From Catajapyx aquilonaris (Eukaryota), in contig JYFJ02000088.1 of assembly GCA_000934665.2 (NCBI GenBank), positions 62,001 to 126,000 on the forward strand: a DNA stretch of 64,000 bases, given 5' to 3'. A program made the position numbers and the translations under genes. Below are positions 42,100-53,129 of the stretch, piece after piece (positions within the stretch are counted from its first letter, which is position 1; each line of letters opens with the position of its first letter). The notes under the pieces are model-generated. The model ran no database searches, was not told the DNA's origin, and worked only from the letters and a program-made list of their open reading frames with translations.

Positions 42100-44635
42100 A
42101 TGGGGGCTACAGAGGTTTTACCCGAAGAGGGTGAGATCAAAAAGAGGCCAAACAGGACACAAGTTACGTGAGTGATTATTTCAATATTAACTTACTGCAT
42201 TTTAATTTTTATATGCAAATCCGATTTCCAATTTAACCCTTCACAATGACTCGACTTTCAGCTCCTCTGAGGAGAATCCACTCGTTTTGGCCAGACCCAC
42301 TGGCATCCTGTCCGAAGATGACGTGGAACCAGATCACAAGACAGTGCAAGAAATCATCCGACACGACCAAGAAACCACCCCCGAACCTCCGATGAGACTG
42401 GCATGGCGAAACATATTCATATTCATATTTCTGCACGCATGTTGTTTTCACTCGATATATCGTTTGGCCACTTTCTCAGTTACACTGAGGGATTTCCTTG
42501 TCCGTAAGTAAATAAACTGCTGGAGTTTTAAATATTACATAATTATACAGGGTGAAATGCTGCCTATAGGGGAGGAGTTGTGATGGATTACTCTCTCCAG
42601 TGGTAGGCTGGAGCGAGTAGTCCATCATGTTTTACCAGACTTGTTGGAGGCAGAATTTCACCATCAAATTCGGTGCAATGTGCATTAACATGTGATTTTA
42701 TTACAGTTCACACGTACTCGGTGATCGTCAACCTAGGAGTCACTGCAGGGGCTCACAGACTCTGGACACATCGATGTTACAAAGCCAAACTACCACTGAA
42801 AGTCTTACTTATCTTCTTGAACACACTTTCCGTTCAGGTATGTTGGTGTAATAATATGCCATGTGACCTGATGTCCTATTTAATCAAAATCAAATTGCGA
42901 TTTCATAATCAAAAATTGGCAGTAATTTCTGAGTAGTGGTAGTAGGGGTCTAGCCTAATAAGAACAACCATGAACCACCAGTAAACTTTGACCCACATTA
43001 GTGTCATTATACCCACTGATTTCTAAGAACGTCTATTGCTTTCACAAAATCTCTTAAAGCCGCCATTGGAGTGTAAACCGTGTAAACTACGATACGATGG
43101 GAAAGCCAGTACAGTAATTTCAATAACGAGCAAGTGACATAACACAATCATCATGTGTTTTCGCATGGCCAAGTGATTACATCCCTGAAATATGTGGCTA
43201 AATTACCTACCAGTAGACTTGCGTAATTCATTTTTTATTACAATCATTCTGGAGGAATAAAAAATTATTTACCACTTTGAATTTCTCTCAAATTATACCT
43301 CCACTGGACGTACTGTACAGTAAAGTGCAGTACCGCTTCGCAGTAACATTCGCAAGTACGTGCCTAGTGGTACCTATATTTTCGTAATTATCATATCCTG
43401 CAAGTGTTGATCTCTTAAATCTCTCTCGTCCTTCTCAGAACCGACACACATAACCTATAGCTTAATAGAAATAAATACTGATACGCGGATTCAAGAAAGC
43501 CGGAACTATTGTAAAAAAAACACGTAAATCATTTCGTACTTGGACGATGAGAAAAGATCGCACTTTTCACGACTTCCTCAGCTCGCAGTACAACACCGTT
43601 ACTTCCCACTGAAGATACGGCCTAGTAGTTTTTAGAAAGTAGCTTTCATTGACCATATGATTCTGAGCAGTATGAATTTGCCACCTTCAACAATTCCCAA
43701 GTTTAAATAATTTTATCATGAATTACGAACATGATTCCTTCCATTATTAAACTTTTCAAGGAATCGTCCCTCATTTTATGTGTTGTTATCTCCAGACCTC
43801 GGTGTACGAATGGGTCCGTGACCACCGGGTGCACCACAAGTTCACCGAGACCAATGCGGATCCCCACAACATCAAGCGAGGATTCTTCTTCGCCCATATG
43901 GGTTGGCTATGTTGCAAAAAACATCCGGAAGTGAAGGCAAAGGGCAAACTGGTGGACATGAGCGACATCGAGAGAGACCCCATGCTAATGTGGCAGCACA
44001 GGTCAGATCATGTCCGATTATTACCTTATTAAAAATGACTATATACCTTAATAATGTCGTTGCAGAAATTACCCCCTGCTGGCATTTCTGGCTTTGTGTG
44101 TGTTTCCGGTCATATTCTTCAAGACATGTTTCGACACTGACGAGACCTGGTTGATGGCCTTCTTCGGAGGGTCATGTGGGAGGTACACCATCGTGTTGCA
44201 TTGCACCTGGCTGGTTAACAGCTACACGCACATGATCGGGAACAAACCGTACGACAAGTAAGTCATGGCACATCAATTGTGATATTCATATAATTAATAC
44301 TAATTAATTGTTTCAGGTACATGAACGCAACCGAATGCAAATGGGTGTCCTTCTGGGCTCTAGGAGAAGGATTCCACAACTATCATCATGTGTTTCCTTG
44401 GGACTACAAGACGTCCGAGCTGGGAAACTACAGGCTGAACATCACCACGGGCTTTATAGACTTGATGGCCAAAATAGGTTGGGCATATGACCTTAAAATG
44501 GTTCCGCATGATGCGGTCAAAACCAGGGTTCTCAGAACTGGAGATGGATCGCATCATCTTTGGGGTTGGGGAGATAAGGACATCCCGAAGGATATGCTGG
44601 ATGTCACGATTCGAATCAACAAGAAGAAGATATAA
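42100..44635 (+). CDS. Acyl-CoA desaturase (first/Delta-9 family), paralogue 5
   Basis: Exons 42100-42167, 42262-42503, 42707-42837, 43796-44001, 44066-44257, 44317-44635 in frame. GVTAGAHRLWTH, HRVHH, GEGFHNYHH, WLVNSYTH. Confidence 0.96.
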
Positions 44636-45199
44636 GGATATTGGCCAGGAATGTTTTCTTGACTGTATTCGTGCATATGTTAAGATTTCGGATAGAAATG
44701 TTATTACACAAAGATGGCGATCACATTGGTTTGCCATTTATTTTTGCACAGGCATGTCCAGTGGCAGTCTTATAACAAAAACGAGCGTTTTGTACTTGAT
44801 AAATGGTGGAATGTTGCATATGATATTCTTATAAAACAAATCTATTAAAATGTGGGTAAAATATCGTGTGTTTAACTTCAGGGATGGTGATGGGAGTTTT
44901 TTTGCCCCTTGATTTTCGTTGCAACAATTTAAGCCTCAACATTTACCGGTTCTTCTGTATACCACACTTCACTTTTAAAGTATTCAATTTCAAAAACATG
45001 TTACCATTATTCATCACACATGTTATGTACAGTACCAGTGCAGTGTCTGCTGTATATGCAATTAAGATCAAAATAAAAAAAATAATGCATCACAGTTCAT
45101 TCACATTTCCATCTCCAATTTCGATAGAAATAGACAGGTTCAACATTTTCTCAATATCTCACTGTTCTCTCTGAACTCAATAATATGAGTTCGCATTTC

Positions 45200-45400
45200 A
45201 GTTATATCGATAGTAAAGAATGTTTACATGTTATCTTACGAGACGAGCAAACACACAAAAAAATGGCAATGACTCTGAACATATGAGATTTTCTCATCGA
45301 TTAGCATCGTTGATATTCTTTATCAATCTGATGATAAGACACCTGAGAATGCAGTACCGGTATTGATATAAGTCATAATAGATCTGTTTGTCATCAGTTG
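45200..45400 (+). promoter_or_regulatory. Candidate core promoter of the vanin-like gene
   Basis: TATAAG at 45367 about 29 nt upstream of initiator TCAGTT at 45394-45399; DRE-like TATCGATA at 45205; several GATA motifs (TTATCT, TTATCA, TGATAA) within 200 nt; ATG at 45417. Confidence 0.5.
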
Positions 45401-45416
45401 TCTTCAAACTTCCGCA

Positions 45417-47331
45417 ATGTTCACACCCTTTATTGCCATTCTAATAGTAACGTCCTTGGCCAATGCAGCCGAAAATGAAACTAAAGTAGCAGTCCTGGAG
45501 TACTTGTTTCAGAACACTACACCATGCCCATCTATTTTGTGCACACGTCAAGAAATACTTTTAAAACTGCAAGTAAATCTGGACGCATATCGCTTCTACG
45601 CAAGACAAGCAGCAAACCAGGTAAACCATTTTTACACATTATTTTGTCCAATTATTCTCAGATTGTTTTTACAGGGGGTAAAGTTGATCGTCTTTCCTGA
45701 GGATGGAATACACGGTTTGGGATACTCGCGCCAAACTATTGAACCAGTTCTAGAAAATATTCCAGATCCTACTAAAATATTGGATTGGATTCCATGTGAA
45801 AATCCAAGCAGGTAAATTGGACTTACCCGCAATTTCACTGCAAGTTAAAGCAATGTTGTTATTTACTGGCAGATTTACCAGAGCAGAAGTACAAGTGGTA
45901 CTGAGCTGCATGGCCAGAGAGAACAGAATTTTTATAATGGCAAACATGGGACATATTGTACCTTGCAATAAATTTGATCGTTCGTGTCCTTCTGACGGTG
46001 CTCATTATTACAACACCGAAGTTGCGTATGGTCCTGATGGAAAGTTCCTGGCTCGGTAAGTTGTGACCGATTGTTTCTTAATTTTGACCTTAGCTTTTTC
46101 TCTATGGCAGGTACCATAAACGCCACTTGTACCTGAACGAGAGCCTTTACTATGAACCAGCACCAGTCACTGAATATGTGTACGTAGACACAGGTTTGCC
46201 TGGGGTTGGTCGAGTCGGGCTCATGATATGCTTCGACAGCAAATTTCCAGGTAAGATGTTATTTTGTGCATGATGTTTCAGGACCAACGAATCTGATCAA
46301 TCTGCTCGATAATCAGGTCCTGTTGGGCCAACATATTTCTACTTGCAGATCCTGCATACACACTACTGCACCAGTACCACATCCAAACTTTTGTTCTGTC
46401 CGTTGCATGGTGGAACCACCTTCCGTCCTTCTGTACTCTAACAGAGCATTCCTCAATGGCCTGGGCATACGGTGTCAACGTTCTTGTCTCAAACGTTCGT
46501 GATCCCCACATGGGATTGTGAGTGGCCATGTGACAATGGGTGTATGACAATATAATGATCCCAACAATAATTTCAGAATGAGGACTGGTAGCGGCATATA
46601 CACCCCACAAGGTCCGGCAGCGTACCACATCGACGTGTCTGGTGGGTCCGTCAGCAGCTTGGTGGTACATCCGGTCCGCCTTCCGTCTCCGTCTCACCCT
46701 CCGATATCGTGGGGGCAGTACGCAACCTTGGCCATGATCAACGTGTCTGTGTCAACAGACACATTCCATGGCTACTATCACGAAGGCATGTTCACATGGG
46801 CCTTGCTCCCAACAGATAAGGACACGGGTACCGTAGCGGTGTGCCAAAAGTCCTTCTGTTGCATTGTCACATATCGGTTCGGAGTGATGGATCCGGACGA
46901 GATGTATGCTCTAGGCACGTACTATGACTATGCAGGGTCAGCGACGACAGTGCCCAAGAGGTCAGACACATGCACCGTCTTACGGTGCGCTTCGAATAAG
47001 CGGGTGACCTGTGGGGAACAAGTCATTTCTAGTAACTCGACCTTCGCAGACATGTCGTTGTCCGGCACGTTTCGTACGACATACAACGTTTTTCCGCAAA
47101 TGTTGCTCAACGAAGTGGTTCCAGCTGTTCAGCCACAGCATTATTATGTGAGATGTCTTCTGTTACAGGTGGCACATGGTGTCAGCTGATGTCTGGTTAC
47201 ACACAATGTGTTTTCGATAATATTTTGAAATGTTAATCTATCGTTTGCAGATAACGGGTGATGGTCGACTTCAGCTGGCGGATGCATCGCTGCGAATCAT
47301 ATCAGTCACTCTGGATGGTCGTTTGAAGTAG
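45417..47331 (+). CDS. Vanin/biotinidase-family amidohydrolase (pantetheinase-like)
   Basis: Exons 45417-45620, 45675-45811, 45873-46055, 46111-46250, 46349-46517, 46577-47147, 47251-47331. Signal peptide; nitrilase triad in IVFPEDG (E), RYHK (K), ICFD (C); CPSDG..YNT; GSGIYTP; Cys-rich base domain (VCQKSFCC). Confidence 0.92.
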
Positions 47332-47901
47332 TTGTATAATCAACTGGAGTGGTTTACTGAGTACAATGCAAGCCTGCAGTTCATGAGATGATTTTGTCAA
47401 TTTCTCTCAGAAATTCTAGCAAATTATTTTGTAGCTATAAAACGCACTGTATGTACTGTAAATAAATACATTTTATGAAATAACCGGATTTGTGGTTTAA
47501 AAATATTGCTCTTTGTATTGCCTGTACTTTGGTTGTAAAAAAAACCATCTACGTCACCCTGTTACAACTATGAAAATTGCTTTATCCATGAAGGGCAGCC
47601 TTGAATGTGCAATTTGTACTGTCCTTTCCTTTCCCTTGTTTTTTCGTATCATGGGCAATGAAAATCTGCAGACTCATTCTCTCACCAGTGTGCTTCAGTA
47701 GTGTATCTGCCATGTCCCAACATGGTGTCTGTTGTTTAGTTTTGCTACCGCAGAATACACTGGCCGTAGGAGTTTGACCCATCCAAAGGTCACCGCTGAC
47801 CATTTGGCCGTACAGAAAAAAAGAGGATAAACTCCTCGATAACCTCCCCAATCGGTCATGAGTCTGGTGAAAGTGTTTCCGTCCTGTTGAACGTGATCAT
47901 C

Positions 47902-49668
47902 ATGTGGAGCAAGTTGATGTTTCTGTATTGCCTCTTGGTCGCTGAGGTGGCTGCTATTTCGAGACACCCGGTACTTATAGTCTTCTCCTTCGACGGGCTG
48001 GGGTACCAGTGGTTCCAGAAGGAAAAGCCGCCAAATTTGTCCAAATGGAAGGAAGAGGGCGCATCGGTGGAGTGCATGTACAATGTCTTCAGCACCCAAA
48101 CGTCCATCAACCACCACTCGATTGCCACCGGTTTGTACCCTGAGAACCACGGTATTGTTGGTAATATCCTGTATGATCCCAAGTACGGAAAGCAGATCAC
48201 GCGTGATGACGGAGCAGTGTTTTGGCGATATGATGACACCATAGTGCCAATCTGGGTGAGTCACAGTTTCACAACTCTCATCACTGGGAGTCATATGACC
48301 TTTGACCTAACAGATGCTGAACGACCTGACTGGAGATGGGCGTCACAGTGCCAGCATCGGATGGCCCGGTGCCCACGTACCTCTTAGAAACAACTACACT
48401 CCCAGGTACTTCATGGAGGAATCGGAAGGTCCTTCGGACTGGAAGCAGCGCGTGGACATAGGCCTGAAGTGGTTGACCCACCCAACTGACCCAGCCAACC
48501 TTCTGATGATATTCAGTCCTGAACCGGACGAGTATGCCCATCCTTTTGGTACCACGTCGTCAGAAGCCCTCAGAAGCCTGAAGGCCATGGACCAAGTGGC
48601 AGGATACTTAAGAGATAAGCTTAAGAAACTCGACCTTTACAACAGGGTCAACGTCATGTTTGTGAGTGACCACGGTCTGGTGGACCACACCCAGGAGGAT
48701 ATTATAGACATTGACAGCATCATAGGGAAGGACCATCCGTATGAGCATCACGGCCATGGTATTGTCGACTTCATTCGGCCTTTGAAAGGTATAGGTCAGC
48801 TGAGGTCAAAAGGTGACTTTAAGAATAATTTTTGTTTCTCAAATTCCGTAGAGGAAGACACAGAAGCTATCTACTTCAAGCTGTTAGAAGCGTCCAAGTC
48901 AGCCAACTTTTCAGTGTATCGCAAAGAGAACATACCGAAGAGATGGCATTATGCAAATTCGCGTCGGATCACTCCAATTCTGCTGGTTGCAGATCCAGGA
49001 TATGGTTTAAAGATAGAACAGATGATAAAATGGAGCAAACGCTACAACAGGACAAGTATGCACTGACTTCAAATTTCTTGCCCAATTTGTACGACTAAAA
49101 TCTGCATCATATCGGGCTTGTCTATTCCATTTTTATATGTACGTTTTAAAAAGAATTAATTTAAATTATTACAATCTGGGCCACTCAAGGATGAAATTGA
49201 CAGGTCCGATATGATACACAGACTCGCTATTGGTTAACCAATGTACCTCTTTGTTACGCAGTGTCTCCAACAACCTTGTTTGGAGTCCATGGTTATGACA
49301 ACGCCTTCCCTTCGATGCATCCCATCTTCATTGCTCATGGCCCCGCTTTTCGGTCAAGGTATGAGGGTACGCCCTTCAACAATATCGACTTGTACCCTCT
49401 GATGAGCCGGATCCTCAACCTGAAGCCTCCTCCCAACAATGGGACTCTTGAAGTGGCGCAGGACCTGCTCAGAGACGACAATGAATTGAGCATGCCTGTC
49501 AAAGGTGTGTATGCAATACCATTGCGATATCATGTCAATATTATTATTTTCTCACCTTTTCCAGTGCTTCTGATTCTGGCTGGAGCTGCTTTAATAATGT
49601 GCATAACCATATGGGCCATTTTGTTTATACGACATAAGATCAGGCAACGACGCCCTGATATCTATTAG
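47902..49668 (+). CDS. Ectonucleotide pyrophosphatase/phosphodiesterase, ENPP4/5-like type I membrane protein
   Basis: Exons 47902-48255, 48314-48788, 48852-49055, 49262-49504, 49565-49668. Signal peptide; SFDG, TQTSINH..IATGLYPENHGI (catalytic Thr), EPDEYAH, SDHG, HGYDN metal ligands; C-terminal hydrophobic helix with basic tail. Confidence 0.93.
49100..49222. mobile_element. Small degenerate inverted-repeat element in ENPP intron 3
   Basis: TCTGCATCATATCGGGCTTGTC pairs imperfectly with GACAGGTCCGATATGATACACAGA. Confidence 0.55.
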
Positions 49669-50299
49669 CTAATAACTGCTAGTGGATAATTATTAGCTAC
49701 TGAACATATATTTTCTGCCACCTCATTAGTCCTATTATTTCATAGCAGTGAACACGTGCTTCGGAAACAACTGTCCAAGTGGCTCAGTACACTCTCTTAT
49801 GTAGCGGGAAGCAACAATGCAACATACTGTTAAGTAGTTGCTTCCCGCTAGAAAAATATAAAATGTGATATTTCATATTGGAATGTAACCTCCTTTTCTT
49901 CTTACTAAAAAAAGCCTTCACATATGCGTGTAAATATATATTTCCAGGTGCAAATCCTATTGCCCAGTGAAGAATAAAGTTGTTGAATTTCTAACAGCAT
50001 GTTGCCTGCTGCATTTTCAGCCATTTTCTCATAGCAAAGAGGCCACCACGCCAGGAATGACGCCAAAATTTGAATTTCCCTGGCTCCCTGTGACGCAATC
50101 CTGCCCGCGCGCCATCTGTCGAGCTGTATTCGAAAATGACAAGTAGTGGTTGGTTGGTTGGGTGATTGGGCGTCAGATGTCGGGAGGGTAGGCAAGACGC
50201 GTGATCGTTCGAATCAGGTTCGAATCGTCTCCATTGGACACACGTGATTTCGAGGAGGTCAGTCGATTCTGCCCAGGGTCACGGCCACAGGTCACCGCC

Positions 50300-52648
50300 A
50301 TGTGGGCCTCCAAGCTGCTCCTCAGGGTCTGCAGGGCACCGGTAAGACATTACACGCATTCCCTTCACTGGTATTGCCATTTTTATTACAACAACTGTAC
50401 TTATAGCTTCACGCGCATGGATAATGTTCCATTGATGCATTGCATTGCAATTTTGTAATGTAATTCTTGGCGTGATTGGCATGTTATTGGTTTGCATACT
50501 ACTGTACAAACCAAGCCTTTTGTTCTGTTGTAGGTTGTGGAGAGCTCCAGACGTGCAAGTGGTGGCACCTTGTTTGTGGTAAGCACTACATATAAAGTAT
50601 TTGTTTCCATTATACTTAATTAATAATAGCATGTATGCAGATTTTTTCATTCACTGCATTGCACTTTAATTGGCGTGTAATTTGCATGCTCTCTCATGTC
50701 CTTTTTCAGCACAGAGATACTCCAGCCAATAATGCTGATACACCATTTGAGTTCAGTCCAGATAATTCCAAGGTGAGTGTGACAAGTCAGCAGTGTTCCT
50801 TTTATTCCAATGTGAATCATTTATAATTATTCGCCAATTATTACCAATACAGAGTCTATTCACAAGCTCCAAAGTAACTTTTCCTAGAAAGTAGTACTGT
50901 AGTTTATTAACATGCATATATTTTCTCTCTATCAAAATTACTGCAAAGTCTAAAATTAATCACTCATATTGATCTGCATCTTATTAGTAATTATGTTGAT
51001 TAATAGAGGATACATTTTCTGTTTTGCATGATTCCAGAGAGTCCAAGCCACAATTGCAAACTACCCCAAAGGTTACGAAAGAGCCGCAGTAATTCCCCTC
51101 CTCGACTTGGCCCAGAGGCAACATGGTGGGTGGCTGCCCATCTCTGCCATGCACAAGGTAGCCGAGATACTCGGCATGCCCCGAATGCGGGTCTACGAGG
51201 TGGCCACCTTTTACACCATGTTCATCAGGTATAACTTTATGAACAACGGTGTCAGGACACTGATTCATATGATATATCCACGTTTACATTTTGAGATATT
51301 AATTTGTTTTCTTTATTTTTTTCAGGAATCCTGTTGGAAAGTATCACATCCAGATATGCACCACAACACCATGCTGGCTCCGAGGGTCAGATGACATAAT
51401 GACTTGCCTCCAGAAGCAGCTAGGCATCAAGCCTGGAGAAACCACTGAGGATAATTACTTCACCTTGAGCGAGGTGGAGTGTCTGGGGGCCTGTGTCAAT
51501 GCTCCCATGGTGCAGGTCAATGACAACTACTATGTGAGTAGTGTGTATGAAGAGAGCTTGCATGTGATTGAAATTTCTTATTCTGCAGGCAGATACACAA
51601 AGTTGATATGAATGACAAAATGGCACGTTATCAATCATGGGGATAGTGCTGGAGCATAATTTACATGATTACATTTATTCCTGCAGGAGGACTTGACGCC
51701 AAATGACATGGAGGAAATTCTCAGCGACCTGAAATCTGGGAAACTTCCCAAGGCAGGACCAAGGTGTGTAATTTTCCTGCAGTATGCTCAAAATGGTTAC
51801 AGGCACTACTGAGTTTTAATTTTAAATGTATAGAGCATATTTTTACACATGAGTTTCTGCACAAAATTCTGACGAGAGAATGGCAAGTGCCAAGCCATTG
51901 CATCACCAAGTATTGACACTAACAGCAACACTGCTTATTAAAAGCTATTCAAGGTTGGATTGCATGAGGATATGTCAAAGTGATAACTTTTGCACATTTC
52001 CATATCAACATGTGGCATAAATAATTTTGTTTTTCAATAATTTGAGTTCATTCCATTTTGTGTTGGAAAGCAACACAGTTAATTTTTGAAACCAAACATC
52101 AAAGGAGCTTGTGTGTTAGGAGCAATAGCATTATCTTATCACAAATGTTAGTCCCTTGACCTGGCAGCTGGCCAAGGATCCAGTCACAACATGGCCTTAT
52201 ACACGCAGAAATAATCTCCAAATAAAGCCTCTTATTGTAGGCTGTGTAAAAAAGGAGTATTAACACAGGCTGGAACACACCTGATTTCTAATATTATGTA
52301 CCATCAACTGTATTGAATGTATAGTACTGAGGTCAAATATTTGAGAAATTATGTCATTGGTTTTCAGGGAATTTTCATTCAGCACTATTTGCATGCTGGT
52401 ATGCAATATTTTGTAAATAATTTATTACCAGATCCATCTGTGGTGTGCAGGTTTCAGACTGTTTCAGAAAATACTGTAGAGAGTATTTATAGCATTGACA
52501 GTATAGTGGATTATGCCACTACACAATTCACTACATTTATGGTTTCTGTTTCAGAAGTGGAAGGTTCTGCTGCGAGCCGAAGGATGAGCTGACTGCTCTG
52601 ACAGAGAAGCCATATGGCCCAGGTTTCAAAGTCCGGTCAGATCTGTAG
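50300..52648 (+). CDS. NDUFV2: NADH dehydrogenase [ubiquinone] flavoprotein 2 (24 kDa subunit), mitochondrial
   Basis: Exons 50300-50341, 50534-50578, 50710-50772, 51038-51228, 51326-51533, 51687-51763, 52555-52648. [36 protein letters not shown], 2Fe-2S ligands CTTTPC and ECLGAC, C-terminus [16 protein letters not shown] near 52715. Confidence 0.97.
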
Positions 52649-53129
52649 TGTTGCTTGTGATCATAGTAACCATAGGTACAACATTTGTTGAATACTCATA
52701 AAGTACAAAATTCAAATAAAAATTTATGATATCAACCAAGCAACTGTCCTTGGGAGATCCATCTCTGCGATTACATGCCTTTGCTCCACATTCAAAGAGT
52801 AAGCTCTAAAGCCTAAGTTGTACAGATTTTGCCCAAAACATAGGATTTATCATGGCTAGGTCACACTACTCCAGGTAGATTGTCAACTGAAGATTTTTCC
52901 TTCACACCCTACTGTAATGCCCACCCTTTCACTATAACACTGCATGCAGGTTGAACCAATCAATAAAGTGGTGTTTCTCTGGATACCCTATAATTGGATG
53001 GCGGTTGGCTGCACCTGGCAACATCTGTTGTCAAAATGGCACCACATGTGAAGGGAGAATTTACTGGCAACTGAAGTCATTCAGTGGGATTTATTTGCTC
53101 CTCCAAGCACTTGGCTGCCTCATACAATC

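Noticed and set aside
47695..48294. 199-aa minus-strand ORF
   Set aside because: Antisense to ENPP exon 1.
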